From Candidatus Parcubacteria bacterium (lineage in GTDB: Bacteria; Patescibacteriota; Minisyncoccia; UBA6257; HR35), in the NCBI GenBank assembly GCA_026004495.1, contig BPJG01000001.1, positions 70,470 through 134,469 on the forward strand: DNA of 64,000 nt, in the 5' to 3' direction. Below, piece after piece: positions 8,232 to 19,464 of this stretch (its first letter is position 1; the number at the start of each line of letters is the position of its first letter). Both the position numbers and the translations under genes were made by a program. Below the pieces are notes generated by a model, which made no database searches, was not told where the DNA came from, and saw only the letters and a list, made by a program, of their open reading frames with translations.

Positions 8232-9650
8232 CTATTTAAATATTTTTGACCAATCAAAGTTCCACGGATCATCTTTTCTATCAGTAGCTATATCTTTATG
8301 ACCTAAAATGTATTTTATCTGATAGCGAGATTTAATATCATTAATTAATTCATTTAAAGCTTGATATTGTAATTCGTTAGGTGATTCATTTTTATGATAT
8401 ATTAACTCAATTCCTATTGAATATAAATTTACATTGGTTCTATTATCGGGCAATTTACTTTTACCAGCATGATAAGCAATTTTATCTTCAGATAATAATT
8501 TATATATGTTGCCCTGTCTATCAATTAAATAATGAGCTAAAACTTCATAATTTTTGTAAATATTAATAATTTTATTTACATTATAGTGATCTTTATCTAA
8601 TGAATTATAAGAAGAATGAATAATTATCGTGTCTATAAATCTTCGGTGATCATATTTAAATCCCCAATTTATATTTGCGGTTAAATTTTTTATTTTAATT
8701 TTACTATTTTCTTTAATTTCGCTCTTTACACTTTTTTCATTATTTTTATTAATAAATTTATTGATTTCTGAAATAAACTTAAGGGGATCAATAGAAATAT
8801 TATTAACTTTAATAGAAAAATGTAAATGGGGACCCAAAGAATAACCAGTATTACCTACCTCCCCAATTTTCTGACCTTTATTTACAATTTCATTTTCGTT
8901 AACAAAAAATTTATTTAAGTGCAGGTATAAAGAATAAATTCCTCCACCATGATCTATGATTATGGTTTTTCCATAATTAATTAAATCTTTTGCCAGGACA
9001 ACCTTACCATTATTAACTGCATAAATCAAATCTCCGATTTTACCATCTAAATCAACACCTAAATGTTGGACCTCATTTTTACCGCTTTTCCTTATATTCC
9101 CGTAATCTCCAACAATTATAATTTTATCTAATGGATAAATAAATTCTTCATTAAAATAAAGCTGAGTTGTAAATTTATTAACCTTATTTTCAATAATTTC
9201 ATTTTCATTTTTTAGATTATTAATTATATTAGGGATAGTGAATCCCTTTTTTTCTAATGAAGGAGTTGTTTTAAGCTGGGTTATGGGAAAAATTCTTTTT
9301 TTAATTCTAATTATCTTTTCAATTTTTTTACCATTATTAAATTCAATAGTTAATTTATATTTTCCTCCTTCTTCTTTGGGATCTATGCCTATAAAACTAA
9401 CGAATTCACCATTTTTTAAATTAACAAAGTTAATCTGATTATTTTTAAAATAAGAATTAGTTATCTTTAAACCATTATTAAGAACTAATTTAACCATCAT
9501 AACATCTCCAGAATAGAAATTTTCTTTATTAATTTCAAGAGAATAGTTTTGAGCAAAAGTTAAATTAAATAAAATAAATAAAAATAATATCACTAAGGTA
9601 ATTGTCCTTTTTAAAATAATTATTCCTTTAAACTTACTATAGCATTTCAT
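8232..9650 (-). CDS. Peptidoglycan hydrolase: M23 metallopeptidase domain plus an N-acetylmuramoyl-L-alanine amidase (Amidase_2) domain, with a signal anchor
   Basis: HLGVDLDG...GNTGYSLGPHLHF (M23). IIIHSS...AYHAG...SIGIELI..LGHKDI (Amidase_2). Confidence 0.78.
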   Translation of the reverse strand: MKCYSKFKGIIILKRTITLVILFLFILFNLTFAQNYSLEINKENFYSGDVMMVKLVLNNGLKITNSYFKNNQINFVNLKNGEFVSFIGIDPKEEGGKYKLTIEFNNGKKIEKIIRIKKRIFPITQLKTTPSLEKKGFTIPNIINNLKNENEIIENKVNKFTTQLYFNEEFIYPLDKIIIVGDYGNIRKSGKNEVQHLGVDLDGKIGDLIYAVNNGKVVLAKDLINYGKTIIIDHGGGIYSLYLHLNKFFVNENEIVNKGQKIGEVGNTGYSLGPHLHFSIKVNNISIDPLKFISEINKFINKNNEKSVKSEIKENSKIKIKNLTANINWGFKYDHRRFIDTIIIHSSYNSLDKDHYNVNKIINIYKNYEVLAHYLIDRQGNIYKLLSEDKIAYHAGKSKLPDNRTNVNLYSIGIELIYHKNESPNELQYQALNELINDIKSRYQIKYILGHKDIATDRKDDPWNFDWSKIFK

Positions 9651-9694
9651 TTTAATTAATTTTAAATTAAATTAAATGAATTTAAAAACTTAAT

Positions 9695-10339
9695 TTAACG
9701 ACAAATTTTTTTAAAATATTCTTTTAATTCTTGTGGTATATTCTGGCATAATTTATAGCAATAAACCTTACCCTTAAATTCACTTAATTTTTTATCATAT
9801 TCAAATAAATCCAAAAACTTATTGTAGCGATAATAATTTACCCTACAAAAATCTTTACTGCTATTATAAGCAAAATAACTTGCTTGATAAATAGCCCCTT
9901 CTTCTGGTAATAACTTAATAAAAAATCCATATTTTCCACCTCCTCCTGTTCCCTGTGATAAAACTAATTTCTTAATTTCACCATTTTCAGTTTTAAAATT
10001 TAAAATTTCTACATTATTATAGATTTTTAAAATATTATTAAAAAAAGATTTTTTGGTTATAAGAATATAATTATCAATAGCAACCCCTCCAAATCCTAAG
10101 CTTACTAAAGCTTCTTTAATACCATCTCGGGTTAAATCAATTTCACTTTCTATTTTTAAATTATCTAAACCTTCTTCTGTTATTTTATTGACAATAATTA
10201 ATTTCCTAATTTTCGGGATTAATTTTTCATAAGGCAATTCAATTCTTATTATAATTATTAAATAAATAATAATAAAGATAATTAATAGAAAAAGTAATCT
10301 AAAAATATATTTAAATTTAATTTTATTAAATAGATTCAT
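9695..10339 (-). CDS. Hypothetical membrane-anchored protein
   Basis: ORF of 214 aa with an N-terminal TM segment and no recognisable domain. Confidence 0.35.
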   Translation of the reverse strand: MNLFNKIKFKYIFRLLFLLIIFIIIYLIIIIRIELPYEKLIPKIRKLIIVNKITEEGLDNLKIESEIDLTRDGIKEALVSLGFGGVAIDNYILITKKSFFNNILKIYNNVEILNFKTENGEIKKLVLSQGTGGGGKYGFFIKLLPEEGAIYQASYFAYNSSKDFCRVNYYRYNKFLDLFEYDKKLSEFKGKVYCYKLCQNIPQELKEYFKKICR

Positions 10340-10985
10340 AATATTATTATAATCTTCAACTTATAGTTTAAAATCAGAAATTAATTAACCAAAACTTAAT
10401 TTAAAATTATAATTACTAAAAATATGAATAGAAAAATTAAGATATATAAAAATAAAAAACAAGCTAAAGGAAGAATATTATTTTTTCAAATTAAAAAATA
10501 TGAAAATACTTATAATCTCTTAAAATTAATGAAAAAAATACATTTTAGTTAGACTAAAAAATATTAAATAAAATACCTTAAGGATTTATAATTTGCAAAA
10601 AAATGAATAACCGGGAGTAAATGATATTTATTATTTAGAAAATAATTTATTTAGGGTTATTGATAAAATAGATAAAAAAACATAAAAAATATAATTTACA
10701 TTATTCAGTTATACTCCCCATACTTTTAATCATCAACATTTTAGCTTTAAAAATTTTAAAATAATATTTATAATAAGTTATTTATAACTAACAAAAACCT
10801 AAAAGAATTAAATATAGAGACATTGTTTTTATTATGATGCTAGAATTTATAAAAAATAATCATTATATAGTAATAATATATAGTTTTAATTTATATAAAT
10901 ATTGGATATGTAAATATTAGAAAAATTAAAATAACAAATAACCTTATTTAAATAAATCTTAGATTTAATTTAAAATTTATTTAAA

Positions 10986-12674
10986 ATGATAGAATTGCCA
11001 TTTATATTCAAATTATCAATATTATTTTTAATCTCCTTTATTTTAGGTTTTTTATTTAATTTAATAAAACAACCTTTAATAATCGCCTATATTATATCTG
11101 GAATTATAGCCGGAAATTATTTAATTGATTCTTTAGAAACTAAAAATATTTTAAGCATATTTTCAGAAATCGGTGTAGCTTTAATGCTTTTTATTGTTGG
11201 CTTAGAGTTAAAACTAAAAGTTATTAAGGATATTGGAAAAAATGTTGCAATCATAGCTATCTTGCAAGAACTATCAGTAATTATTTTGGGTTTTGTGATA
11301 TCCTTAATTTTAGGTTTTAACCATATAGAATCTCTTTATATAGGAATTGCCCTTTCTTTTAGTAGTACAATTATTATTATTAAATTACTTTCTGATAAGG
11401 GCGATTTAGAAAAATTTTATGGTAAATTAGCTATTGGTTTTTTAATTATCCAAGATATAATATCAATAATTTTAATATTATTAATTCCATTTTTTTCCCT
11501 TAATAAAAATTTTATAAACCTAGAAAACAATTTATTAATTATTAGTTTTGTAATATTATTAATATTTTTTACGGTTCGTTATTTAATTCCTAAATTAGAA
11601 AATTTAATTACCAAAACAAATGAATTGCTATTTATTTTCTCATTCTCCTTTGTTTTATTATTATCTTCATTATTTAAATTAGTGGGAATAGGATTAGAAA
11701 TTGGAGCTTTGATAGCTGGACTAATATTAGCTAATTATCAATTTAGTTCAGAAATTAATTTTAAGTTGAGGCCAATAAAAAATTTTTTCTTAATAATATT
11801 TTTTATATATTTAGGTTTAAATATTAAATTTCCTCAAATAGAAAATGAATTGTTTAAAATCTTAACATTTTCCTTTTTTATTTTGATAATTCAACCAATA
11901 ATCAGTTTTTTCTTATTAAAATTACTTAAAATAGGTAATAGGCAAGCTTTTAAATTTAGTTTGATTTCGGCACAAATAAGTGAATTCTCTTTTATTATTA
12001 TCGGTCTTGGAAATAAATTAGGTCAAATAGAAAATAATTTATTCTCAACAATTTCTTTTATCGGAATTATAACTATATTTCTTTCAATTTATATGTTTTA
12101 TTATTCAGACAAAATATACAATTTAATTTTTAAAAAAATATTAAAAATAAAAGATAGGGTTAATATTGATGAAGAAATAAAAAATAAAAATTTTAATATA
12201 CTTCTTATTGGTTGTGATAGAACAGGTTATAGTTTCTTACTAAGTATTAAGGAAAATAAAGAAAAGATTTTAATAATAGAAAATAATTATCAAAAAGTTT
12301 TAGAATTAAAAAAAATAAATTATAATGTTATCTATGGTGATATAGATGAATTTGAATTGTTAGATGAAATAAATCTTAAGCAGTTTAAAATAATAATTTC
12401 TACAATACCTGATTTTGAAACAAATTTAATACTATTAAGAAGATATAAAAAAGACAATCCCAAAGGAATATTTATTTGTAATTCTAATAAATTTAAAGAT
12501 AATTTAGAATTATACAAAAATGGAGCAAGTTTTGTTAACTTACCCCATTCTTTGGGAGGAGAAAAAATAGCTGATTTAGTTAATAATTTTGGTTTTGAAA
12601 TAGATGAATATGAAGCTATTAAAAAAGAAAATTTTGAAAAGATATATAAAATAATTAATTATTTAAAAATTTAA
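10986..12674 (+). CDS. Monovalent cation:proton antiporter (CPA2, Kef-type) with a C-terminal RCK/TrkA-N domain
   Basis: About 12 TM helices, followed by NILLIGCDRTGYSFLL, a Rossmann-like RCK motif. Confidence 0.75.
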   Translation: MIELPFIFKLSILFLISFILGFLFNLIKQPLIIAYIISGIIAGNYLIDSLETKNILSIFSEIGVALMLFIVGLELKLKVIKDIGKNVAIIAILQELSVIILGFVISLILGFNHIESLYIGIALSFSSTIIIIKLLSDKGDLEKFYGKLAIGFLIIQDIISIILILLIPFFSLNKNFINLENNLLIISFVILLIFFTVRYLIPKLENLITKTNELLFIFSFSFVLLLSSLFKLVGIGLEIGALIAGLILANYQFSSEINFKLRPIKNFFLIIFFIYLGLNIKFPQIENELFKILTFSFFILIIQPIISFFLLKLLKIGNRQAFKFSLISAQISEFSFIIIGLGNKLGQIENNLFSTISFIGIITIFLSIYMFYYSDKIYNLIFKKILKIKDRVNIDEEIKNKNFNILLIGCDRTGYSFLLSIKENKEKILIIENNYQKVLELKKINYNVIYGDIDEFELLDEINLKQFKIIISTIPDFETNLILLRRYKKDNPKGIFICNSNKFKDNLELYKNGASFVNLPHSLGGEKIADLVNNFGFEIDEYEAIKKENFEKIYKIINYLKI

Positions 12675-12684
12675 TAAATAAAAA

Positions 12685-14100
12685 ATGAATGAAGGTTTAA
12701 CCTTTGACGATGTTCTTTTAATTCCTAAAGTGTCAAAAATTAATTCAAGAAAAGATATTGATTTATCAATAAAACTTCACTCTAAAATAAATTTAAATCT
12801 ACCTATTATATCCTCACCAATGGATACTGTTACTGAATCTGAAATGTCTATTTCGATGGCAAGAAATGGAGGCCTGGGTATAATTCATAGATTTTGTTCT
12901 ATTGAAGAACAAGTAAAACAAGTAAAAAGAGTAAAAAGAGCAGAGAATTATTTAATTGAAAATCCTATTTGCATTTCTCCTCAAGCTACCCTAAAAGAGA
13001 TAAAAAATAAATCGATAGAATATGATTTTGAAACTTTTTTAGTTGTCGATGAAAATAAAAAACTTTTAGGATTAATTTCTAAACGAGATTATTTCTTAGA
13101 AGAAAATGAAAACAAAAAAGCATTTCAATTAATGACTCCTTTTGAAAAATTAATTGTTAGTTATAAGAAAATATCCTTAGCTGAAGCTAAAAATATTTTT
13201 AGAAAGTATAAGATTGAAAAAATACCAATAATTGATAAAAATAGAAAAATTGTTGGATTAATTACTTTTAGAGACTTTAAAAATTCTTTAAATAAAAAAG
13301 CAAGTCGCGATAAAAATGGTAAATTATTAGTTGGAGCAGCAATTGGAATAAGAGGAGATTATTTAGAACGAGCTAAAGAATTAGTAAGGGCAGGAGTTGA
13401 TATTTTATGTATTGATGTAGCTCATGGACATTTAGAAAAATCAATTAAAACCATAAAAGAAATTAAAAAATATTTTCCCGATATTCCATTAATTGCCGGA
13501 AATATAGCAACAACTGAGGGAGCTAAAGATTTGATAAAAGCAGGAGCAGATATCATTAAAGTTGGCATAGGTCCAGGAAGTGCTTGTACTACAAGAATTA
13601 TAGCAGGAGTTGGAGTCCCTCAATTATCAGCTATTATTAAAGCTAAAAGTGGATCTAAAAATATACCAATTATTGCTGATGGAGGTTGTCGCAATTCTGG
13701 TGATATAGTTAAAGCTTTAGCTGCAGGAGCAAGTGCAGTTATGTTAGGTTCATTATTGGCAGGAACAGATGAATCTCCAGGAGAAATTTTTTATCTTAAA
13801 AATAAAAGAGTTAAGGCTTTTAGAGGAATGTCTTCAGCTGAAGCTTATAAAAACAAATTAAAATCTACTAATGATAACCCAGAATATGAACCAATATCAG
13901 AAGGAATAAATTATGGTTTTATTGAATACAAAGGTTCAGTTAAAGAAGTTTTAACTAATTTAGAAAAGGGAATTAGATCTGGTTTTTCATATTGTGGAGC
14001 AATAAATATTAAAGAATTATGGCAAAGAGCTGAATTTATTAAAATTTCTGATAAAGGATACAAGGAAAGCTTACCTCATACTATTAATTTTCTTGATTAA
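12685..14100 (+). CDS. guaB: IMP dehydrogenase
   Basis: [20 protein letters not shown], a CBS pair, and [11 protein letters not shown] for the catalytic Cys loop. Confidence 0.9.
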   Translation: MNEGLTFDDVLLIPKVSKINSRKDIDLSIKLHSKINLNLPIISSPMDTVTESEMSISMARNGGLGIIHRFCSIEEQVKQVKRVKRAENYLIENPICISPQATLKEIKNKSIEYDFETFLVVDENKKLLGLISKRDYFLEENENKKAFQLMTPFEKLIVSYKKISLAEAKNIFRKYKIEKIPIIDKNRKIVGLITFRDFKNSLNKKASRDKNGKLLVGAAIGIRGDYLERAKELVRAGVDILCIDVAHGHLEKSIKTIKEIKKYFPDIPLIAGNIATTEGAKDLIKAGADIIKVGIGPGSACTTRIIAGVGVPQLSAIIKAKSGSKNIPIIADGGCRNSGDIVKALAAGASAVMLGSLLAGTDESPGEIFYLKNKRVKAFRGMSSAEAYKNKLKSTNDNPEYEPISEGINYGFIEYKGSVKEVLTNLEKGIRSGFSYCGAINIKELWQRAEFIKISDKGYKESLPHTINFLD

Positions 14101-14671
14101 AATAGCTTAATAAATCTAATTTGTTTTTAAAAATTTTAATAATAGGCTTTTGGTAACTAACTAATTTATCTTTAGCTTCATTTAAATTAAAATATTGAAC
14201 TTTATCAATTTCTGGTATAGTAATTTTTTTATTAGATTTTGGTGGCCAATTAATAATTATAAATTTTCCCCTCTTGTTTAATGTACTACCAAAATCCTTT
14301 TCTAAGATAAAAATATATAAGATTTTATTTCTGCCCCTTACTTCATCTAAATATAAAATTTTATCTTTATCTTCCTGCGATAATTTAAAACTTGTTTCTT
14401 CTTCAAATTCTCTAATGGCAGTATTTTTTAAATCTTCATCATCTTTTACCTCACCCTTGGGAATACTCCAGCTATTCAAATCTCTATTATGCCAAAATGG
14501 ACCGCCGGGATGAACTAAAAGAATTTCTATATTATTAAATTGATATGAATTAGAATTATTTTTAGCTGATATTGAATTTAATAAATTTAACGACTTACCT
14601 TTTTCTTTTTTTACTGTTTCAATATAAATATTATTTTTTCTATAGACTAAAATACCAGCAGATTTTTTCAT
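14084..14671 (-). CDS. NUDIX hydrolase
   Basis: Nudix box GEVKDDEDLKNTAIREFEEETSF. Confidence 0.72.
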   Translation of the reverse strand: MKKSAGILVYRKNNIYIETVKKEKGKSLNLLNSISAKNNSNSYQFNNIEILLVHPGGPFWHNRDLNSWSIPKGEVKDDEDLKNTAIREFEEETSFKLSQEDKDKILYLDEVRGRNKILYIFILEKDFGSTLNKRGKFIIINWPPKSNKKITIPEIDKVQYFNLNEAKDKLVSYQKPIIKIFKNKLDLLSYFNQEN

Positions 14672-14717
14672 AATTTTTTATATTTTTTTTATCTAAAATA
14701 GATAAAAAAACTAATTA

Positions 14718-15113
14718 TTAAGAATAGCTTATTTCTTTTATTTTCTTAATAATTTCTTCTAGACCTGACGATTTATAAATAATTCCTTTTAATCCTAAAG
14801 ATCTAACAAATTCATCATTTATTTCTTGACCATCATCTGTATATTTAAGGTTGGTAATAATAATAATATTAGGACATTTTGATCCCAGGTCTTTTTTAAG
14901 ATGAACCAAAAATTCTAATCCACTTATTTCCGGCATTGATATATCTAATAAAACTAAATCGGGTTTAATTTCAATTATTTTAAGTAAAGCTTCTTTGGGG
15001 TCATAAAAACATTCTATTTCGAAACCTTCTTTTTTTAGAGCAAAAGAAATTAAATCACAAAATGATTTTTCGTCATCAACTAATAATATTCTATAGGGCC
15101 TTTGTTCGGCCAT
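14718..15113 (-). CDS. Single-domain response regulator (CheY-like receiver)
   Basis: ILLVDDE...DLVLLDISMP... receiver motifs. Confidence 0.8.
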   Translation of the reverse strand: MAEQRPYRILLVDDEKSFCDLISFALKKEGFEIECFYDPKEALLKIIEIKPDLVLLDISMPEISGLEFLVHLKKDLGSKCPNIIIITNLKYTDDGQEINDEFVRSLGLKGIIYKSSGLEEIIKKIKEISYS

Positions 15114-15271
15114 AAAAAAATTATAATTTATAATAGAAAAACAATTTAAACCTTTGTGGATAAATAATTAAATTTTAAATATTATTTTTTTTTAAAAAAA
15201 TTTAGTAGTAAAATATTATATTATTTGAAAAATAAGATTAAAGATTAAAAATTAAAAAATTATGGTTATTT

Positions 15272-17161
15272 ATGTATAAAGAAAAAAATAAAAAAGAAAA
15301 AAGGAAAAGTGAATCAAGAAAAAAGGAAAATTTCTCTCAATTATTAAATCAAGAAATTTTGTCATTTAAAAATTTTAATGAATTCAATCCAACGCAAAAT
15401 ATTTTTGAAGTTAATTTAATGGAAAAATATATAATTAGGGAAATAAAAGGAGAAGATACTTTATTGCTAAGAAAAATTACTGATACAGAAGATTTAATCG
15501 ATGATAAAGAAACTGAAATAATCGAAGTTTTAAGTTTAAATTTTCCTGAAAGCGAAGAATACAAATTTCCAATAGAATACTGGATAAATTTATGGATAAA
15601 ATATGGCGGATGGATAGATCTTAATAATCTACCTCAAAAAAATGAGCTTTCAATAAAAGAAGCCAGAGAATTTTTTAGTAAAATTCCTTCAAAAACTGAA
15701 GTAATTTTTGATTATTATTTTTCTACTGAAGAAACATTATATAACTTTTGTAAATATAAATCCCAGCATTATTTATCAAGATATATTAGTTTCTTAAATA
15801 TCCATTTAGAAAACTTTAATTATGATATTGTAGGGATTAATTTAGATTATGAAAGATTTTTAGCCCTAAAAAGATATAAATTATTTGGCCGACCGATTCC
15901 TCTTGAAATTCTAAGCTTAGAAGAAATGAATTATTTATTAAGAAATGAAAGATTAAAAGAAGAATACCTTAGTAAAACAACAAAAAGAACATTTAATTGT
16001 GATTTAAATATACAAAATCCAACTTCAAATCAATACGCCGGAACTACAAGAATTATATATACAAAATTAAAAAATCCAGAATATTATCCTTATCACATTT
16101 TTTTAGGAAATCCTTCTGAAGAAGAAATAATAGAATATATTAAAGTATTATTAATTAAGAACTTAGTTTCATCATTTACCCAAAATCAATTTGATGAAAA
16201 TACAATAATTCAAAATTTAATTTTCAATTGTCAATTATATAAAATTTTAAAATCTGAAGATAAAATAATTCTTTTACCAACTGTTGCTACAATTCCTACA
16301 GCTTTTTTATTTAAATGGCTATTAAGGTATACAAAAAAAGAACTTATTAAAAGAGGTAGAGAAGATTTAGCAGAAAAAATTGTTATTCCTAAATTTTTAT
16401 TCATCAATAGTGAAAGTATATACTTAAGAGAAAATCTTAGTAATGAAGGAATTATGAATCAAATATTTCAAAATTTAAAAGAAGGATTAACAACTAAAAC
16501 ATTAGATGAAAAATTACAAGAACTAAAAAAAGAAATTGAAGAGAAGGGAAAAAATGAAGAAGAAAAGAAAAAATTAAATTTTTTAAAATATATTATCGAA
16601 TTTTCTTTGAATCTAAAAAAAAGATTGTATATAGTTAATAAAGAGTTATTTGATGATCTAAATATTGATAACCTAAGACAAAAATTATCAGAATTAAAAA
16701 TTTCTTTTTTAGATGATGCCACAGGAATGAAAGCTACATATTTTTTGTCCTATACATCTGCTTATTTGGCTATCTTAGATATATTAAAAGATAAACTTAA
16801 GAATGATTGGGATAAAATAAGAGATGAAATTTATGATATTTTGGAAAGGGAAATAATGCCCATTCAATTTACAGCTAATTTAGAATCATTAGATTATCAA
16901 ACTATTTATAATCAAAGTGCTAATAGATTTATTATTACAGAAAGATTGTTTATTGAATTACTTCCAATATTTAAAAGAAAAAAAGAAAAAAAGTCAGAAA
17001 ATCCAGAAATTATTTTAGAAAAACCAGATATAAAAACAGAAAAAATTTTGCACGACTTTAATACAAAAAAAATAGAAATATTAAAAGAAATATCTAAATA
17101 TTTATCTCCATTTTTAGCTGACTATATAATCACTTACCCAAATTTAGTTATCCCGAATTAA
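15272..17161 (+). CDS. Large hypothetical protein with a K/E-rich N-terminus
   Basis: 629-aa ORF with no recognisable motif. Confidence 0.4.
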   Translation: MYKEKNKKEKRKSESRKKENFSQLLNQEILSFKNFNEFNPTQNIFEVNLMEKYIIREIKGEDTLLLRKITDTEDLIDDKETEIIEVLSLNFPESEEYKFPIEYWINLWIKYGGWIDLNNLPQKNELSIKEAREFFSKIPSKTEVIFDYYFSTEETLYNFCKYKSQHYLSRYISFLNIHLENFNYDIVGINLDYERFLALKRYKLFGRPIPLEILSLEEMNYLLRNERLKEEYLSKTTKRTFNCDLNIQNPTSNQYAGTTRIIYTKLKNPEYYPYHIFLGNPSEEEIIEYIKVLLIKNLVSSFTQNQFDENTIIQNLIFNCQLYKILKSEDKIILLPTVATIPTAFLFKWLLRYTKKELIKRGREDLAEKIVIPKFLFINSESIYLRENLSNEGIMNQIFQNLKEGLTTKTLDEKLQELKKEIEEKGKNEEEKKKLNFLKYIIEFSLNLKKRLYIVNKELFDDLNIDNLRQKLSELKISFLDDATGMKATYFLSYTSAYLAILDILKDKLKNDWDKIRDEIYDILEREIMPIQFTANLESLDYQTIYNQSANRFIITERLFIELLPIFKRKKEKKSENPEIILEKPDIKTEKILHDFNTKKIEILKEISKYLSPFLADYIITYPNLVIPN

Positions 17162-18715
17162 CAAGCTAACAAAAAATTTACTTCCCCTACCTTCGCCTTC
17201 TGATTCGGCCCAAATTCTGCCTTGATGAGCTTCAACTAAATTTTTAACAATATAAAGACCTAAGCCAGTACCTCTAATTTCTTTTTTAATTGAAGGATCA
17301 CGAACAAATTCACCAAAAAGCTTACTTTGTAATTCTTTTGACATTCCAATTCCAGAATCACTAACACAAATTATTAATTCATTATTTTGTTTATAAACAC
17401 TTACCTTAACCCATCCTTGAGGAGTATATTTAATAGCATTATCAATTAAATTTTGTATGACTTGAGAAAATCTTAATTTATCAACTTTCAAAATTATTTG
17501 CTCAAGATTAGTTTCAAGACTTAGCTCTAAATTCTTTTCTTTGGCTAAAATAGTAAAATTATTTAAGATTTCTTTAATCAAACTAATAATTTCAACTTCC
17601 TCAAAATTAAGGTCCATTTTACCTTCTTCAATTCGTCGATAATCCATAAATTGTTCAATTAAAACCAAAAGCTTATCAACTGAATCTTTAATTTTTTTGG
17701 CAAAATCTTTTGCTTGTTCCGGCACATTTTCAATTCCATCAGCAATTAATTCAGCATAGCCTTTAACAACAGCCATCGGTGCTTTTACCTGATGCGACGC
17801 AAACGAAAGAAACTCCGATTTAATTCTATTTAATTTTTCCAATTTTTCTCTTAATTCAACTTCTTTTCTTACAGATTGTATAGTTATTAAAGAAACAATT
17901 AATATGAAAATAAATATTATTATTCTAATTAAAATTTCGATAAAATTAATGCTTATTAATATTTGGAATGCTGTTAAAATTAATAATATACTAATTAAAA
18001 TATCAATTAAAATAAATTTAATATTTAAGAATTGATAACGAACTATTGCTAAAAAAGTAAGTAAAATTAGGGGTATAGAATATAAAATACCAAATTGAAT
18101 ATATTTAGCGTTGCCAAATACATTAGGAAATATAAAATTAAAAATTATATGTAAGGTGAAAGTAACCAAAGCTCCGATAAATATTAAGATGGCGGAATAT
18201 TTTAGATTTGTCTCTTTAACAGAATAAATTTTTTTAATAAAACCAACAAAAAAGCTAATTAACAAACCTATTGTGGTTATACCAAATAATACTATACCAA
18301 TATTAGTTTTTACGCTTCCTATAGTGCCGTCAGGTTTAAATGAAATAATTTTTTCGAAAACTAACGGCGTTAATGTGAGTATCGAAACAAAAATAGTAAG
18401 TGGTAATAAAACATATTTAAAAGTTTTAGAATAATTAAAAGAAATATTAGGAAAAGCATAATACAAATTAAATATTGAGAAAGCGTACCAAATAGCAAAA
18501 AACATGTGTATCCTTAAAAAAATAAGTGCAAGGTTATTTAAATGCGGTTGATTGTATAAAAAATTGAAAATACCCCATAAAATAGTGCTTAGACTTAAGA
18601 GTAAATATGCAAAATTAGTAGCACCTTTTCTATTTTGGTTATAAATTATAAAACCTAATACTCCCATAGCACTAGCTACCCAACCTAAGATTATAAATAT
18701 GAAATTTTGGCTCAT
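17144..18715 (-). CDS. Sensor histidine kinase with a ~7-TM N-terminal domain
   Basis: H-box FLSFASHQVKAPM and HATPase_c GTGLGLYIVKNLVEAHQGRIWAESEGEGRGSKFF. Its start overlaps the upstream MTase stop (ATGA). Confidence 0.8.
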   Translation of the reverse strand: MSQNFIFIILGWVASAMGVLGFIIYNQNRKGATNFAYLLLSLSTILWGIFNFLYNQPHLNNLALIFLRIHMFFAIWYAFSIFNLYYAFPNISFNYSKTFKYVLLPLTIFVSILTLTPLVFEKIISFKPDGTIGSVKTNIGIVLFGITTIGLLISFFVGFIKKIYSVKETNLKYSAILIFIGALVTFTLHIIFNFIFPNVFGNAKYIQFGILYSIPLILLTFLAIVRYQFLNIKFILIDILISILLILTAFQILISINFIEILIRIIIFIFILIVSLITIQSVRKEVELREKLEKLNRIKSEFLSFASHQVKAPMAVVKGYAELIADGIENVPEQAKDFAKKIKDSVDKLLVLIEQFMDYRRIEEGKMDLNFEEVEIISLIKEILNNFTILAKEKNLELSLETNLEQIILKVDKLRFSQVIQNLIDNAIKYTPQGWVKVSVYKQNNELIICVSDSGIGMSKELQSKLFGEFVRDPSIKKEIRGTGLGLYIVKNLVEAHQGRIWAESEGEGRGSKFFVSLLIRDN

Positions 18716-19464
18716 TTCTTTATGATTATTAAAATATACCTTGATCTGAAAGTATTTTTTAGATCTTTAAAGTCAATACCTAAATTTTTATATTTTTCTT
18801 TAATTTTTCTAGTAAGTCTTCTAATAAAGAGATAATATTTCTTGATCCCGATTTTTTTTAAAATTTTTTTTATTTCTGATGGTAAATAAGCTGCTCGAGC
18901 TGAATAATAAATTAATTTTTTACTTAGATTATCAGGCGGTATAACCATTTTTAAAAGATAATAAGGTACATCTCTTCTTAAATCTTGAATATAAATTAAA
19001 CTATTTTGTTTTGTCACCCTTAGCATTTCTTTTATTGCTTTAGAAGTATTTTTAAATTGATGCAAACTATCTTTACACACAACAATGTCAAAATAATTAT
19101 TAGGAAAATTTAATTTATGAATATCATCTGAGATAAATTTTGTATTTTTGCAACCCTTACAGTTTTTCTTTGCCAATTGAAGTGCAAATTTAGTGTTGTC
19201 TATTCCGATAATTAAAGCATTTGGAAACCTTAAAGCAAGCTCTTTGCATAAAAACCCAGGACCACAACCTACATCAAGAATTTTAATTTTTTTATTGGTA
19301 TCTATTTTTGTTTTGGCAAATTCAATTAAATTATCAACAAGCGGAATTATCCACTTTTTATAATTTATTGTTGACATTTTCTCAAATTCTTTATGCTCAT
19401 TAATACCCATTTCTTTAGGTTCGGGAATCCTCTTTTTAAAAAATAGTTTTACTTTATTACCCAT
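18712..19464 (-). CDS. Class I SAM-dependent methyltransferase
   Basis: Motif I ILDVGCGPGFLCKEL and post-I IIGIDN. Confidence 0.75.
   Translation of the reverse strand: MGNKVKLFFKKRIPEPKEMGINEHKEFEKMSTINYKKWIIPLVDNLIEFAKTKIDTNKKIKILDVGCGPGFLCKELALRFPNALIIGIDNTKFALQLAKKNCKGCKNTKFISDDIHKLNFPNNYFDIVVCKDSLHQFKNTSKAIKEMLRVTKQNSLIYIQDLRRDVPYYLLKMVIPPDNLSKKLIYYSARAAYLPSEIKKILKKIGIKKYYLFIRRLTRKIKEKYKNLGIDFKDLKNTFRSRYILIIIKK

Noticed and set aside
10424-10552. 42-aa K-rich ORF (MNRKIKIYKNKKQAKGRILFFQIKKYENTYNLLKLMKKIHFS) in the 10.34-10.98 kb intergenic region
   Set aside because: It has no RBS or conservation evidence. Lysine-rich frames are expected by chance in DNA with an A-rich strand.
8381-16722. 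Short ORFs 8381-8566, 9238-9438, 12332-12517, 14274-14513, 15349-15564 and 16468-16722
   Set aside because: All are embedded antisense or out of frame within well-supported larger genes. Their AT-rich low-complexity translations are typical of spurious frames.
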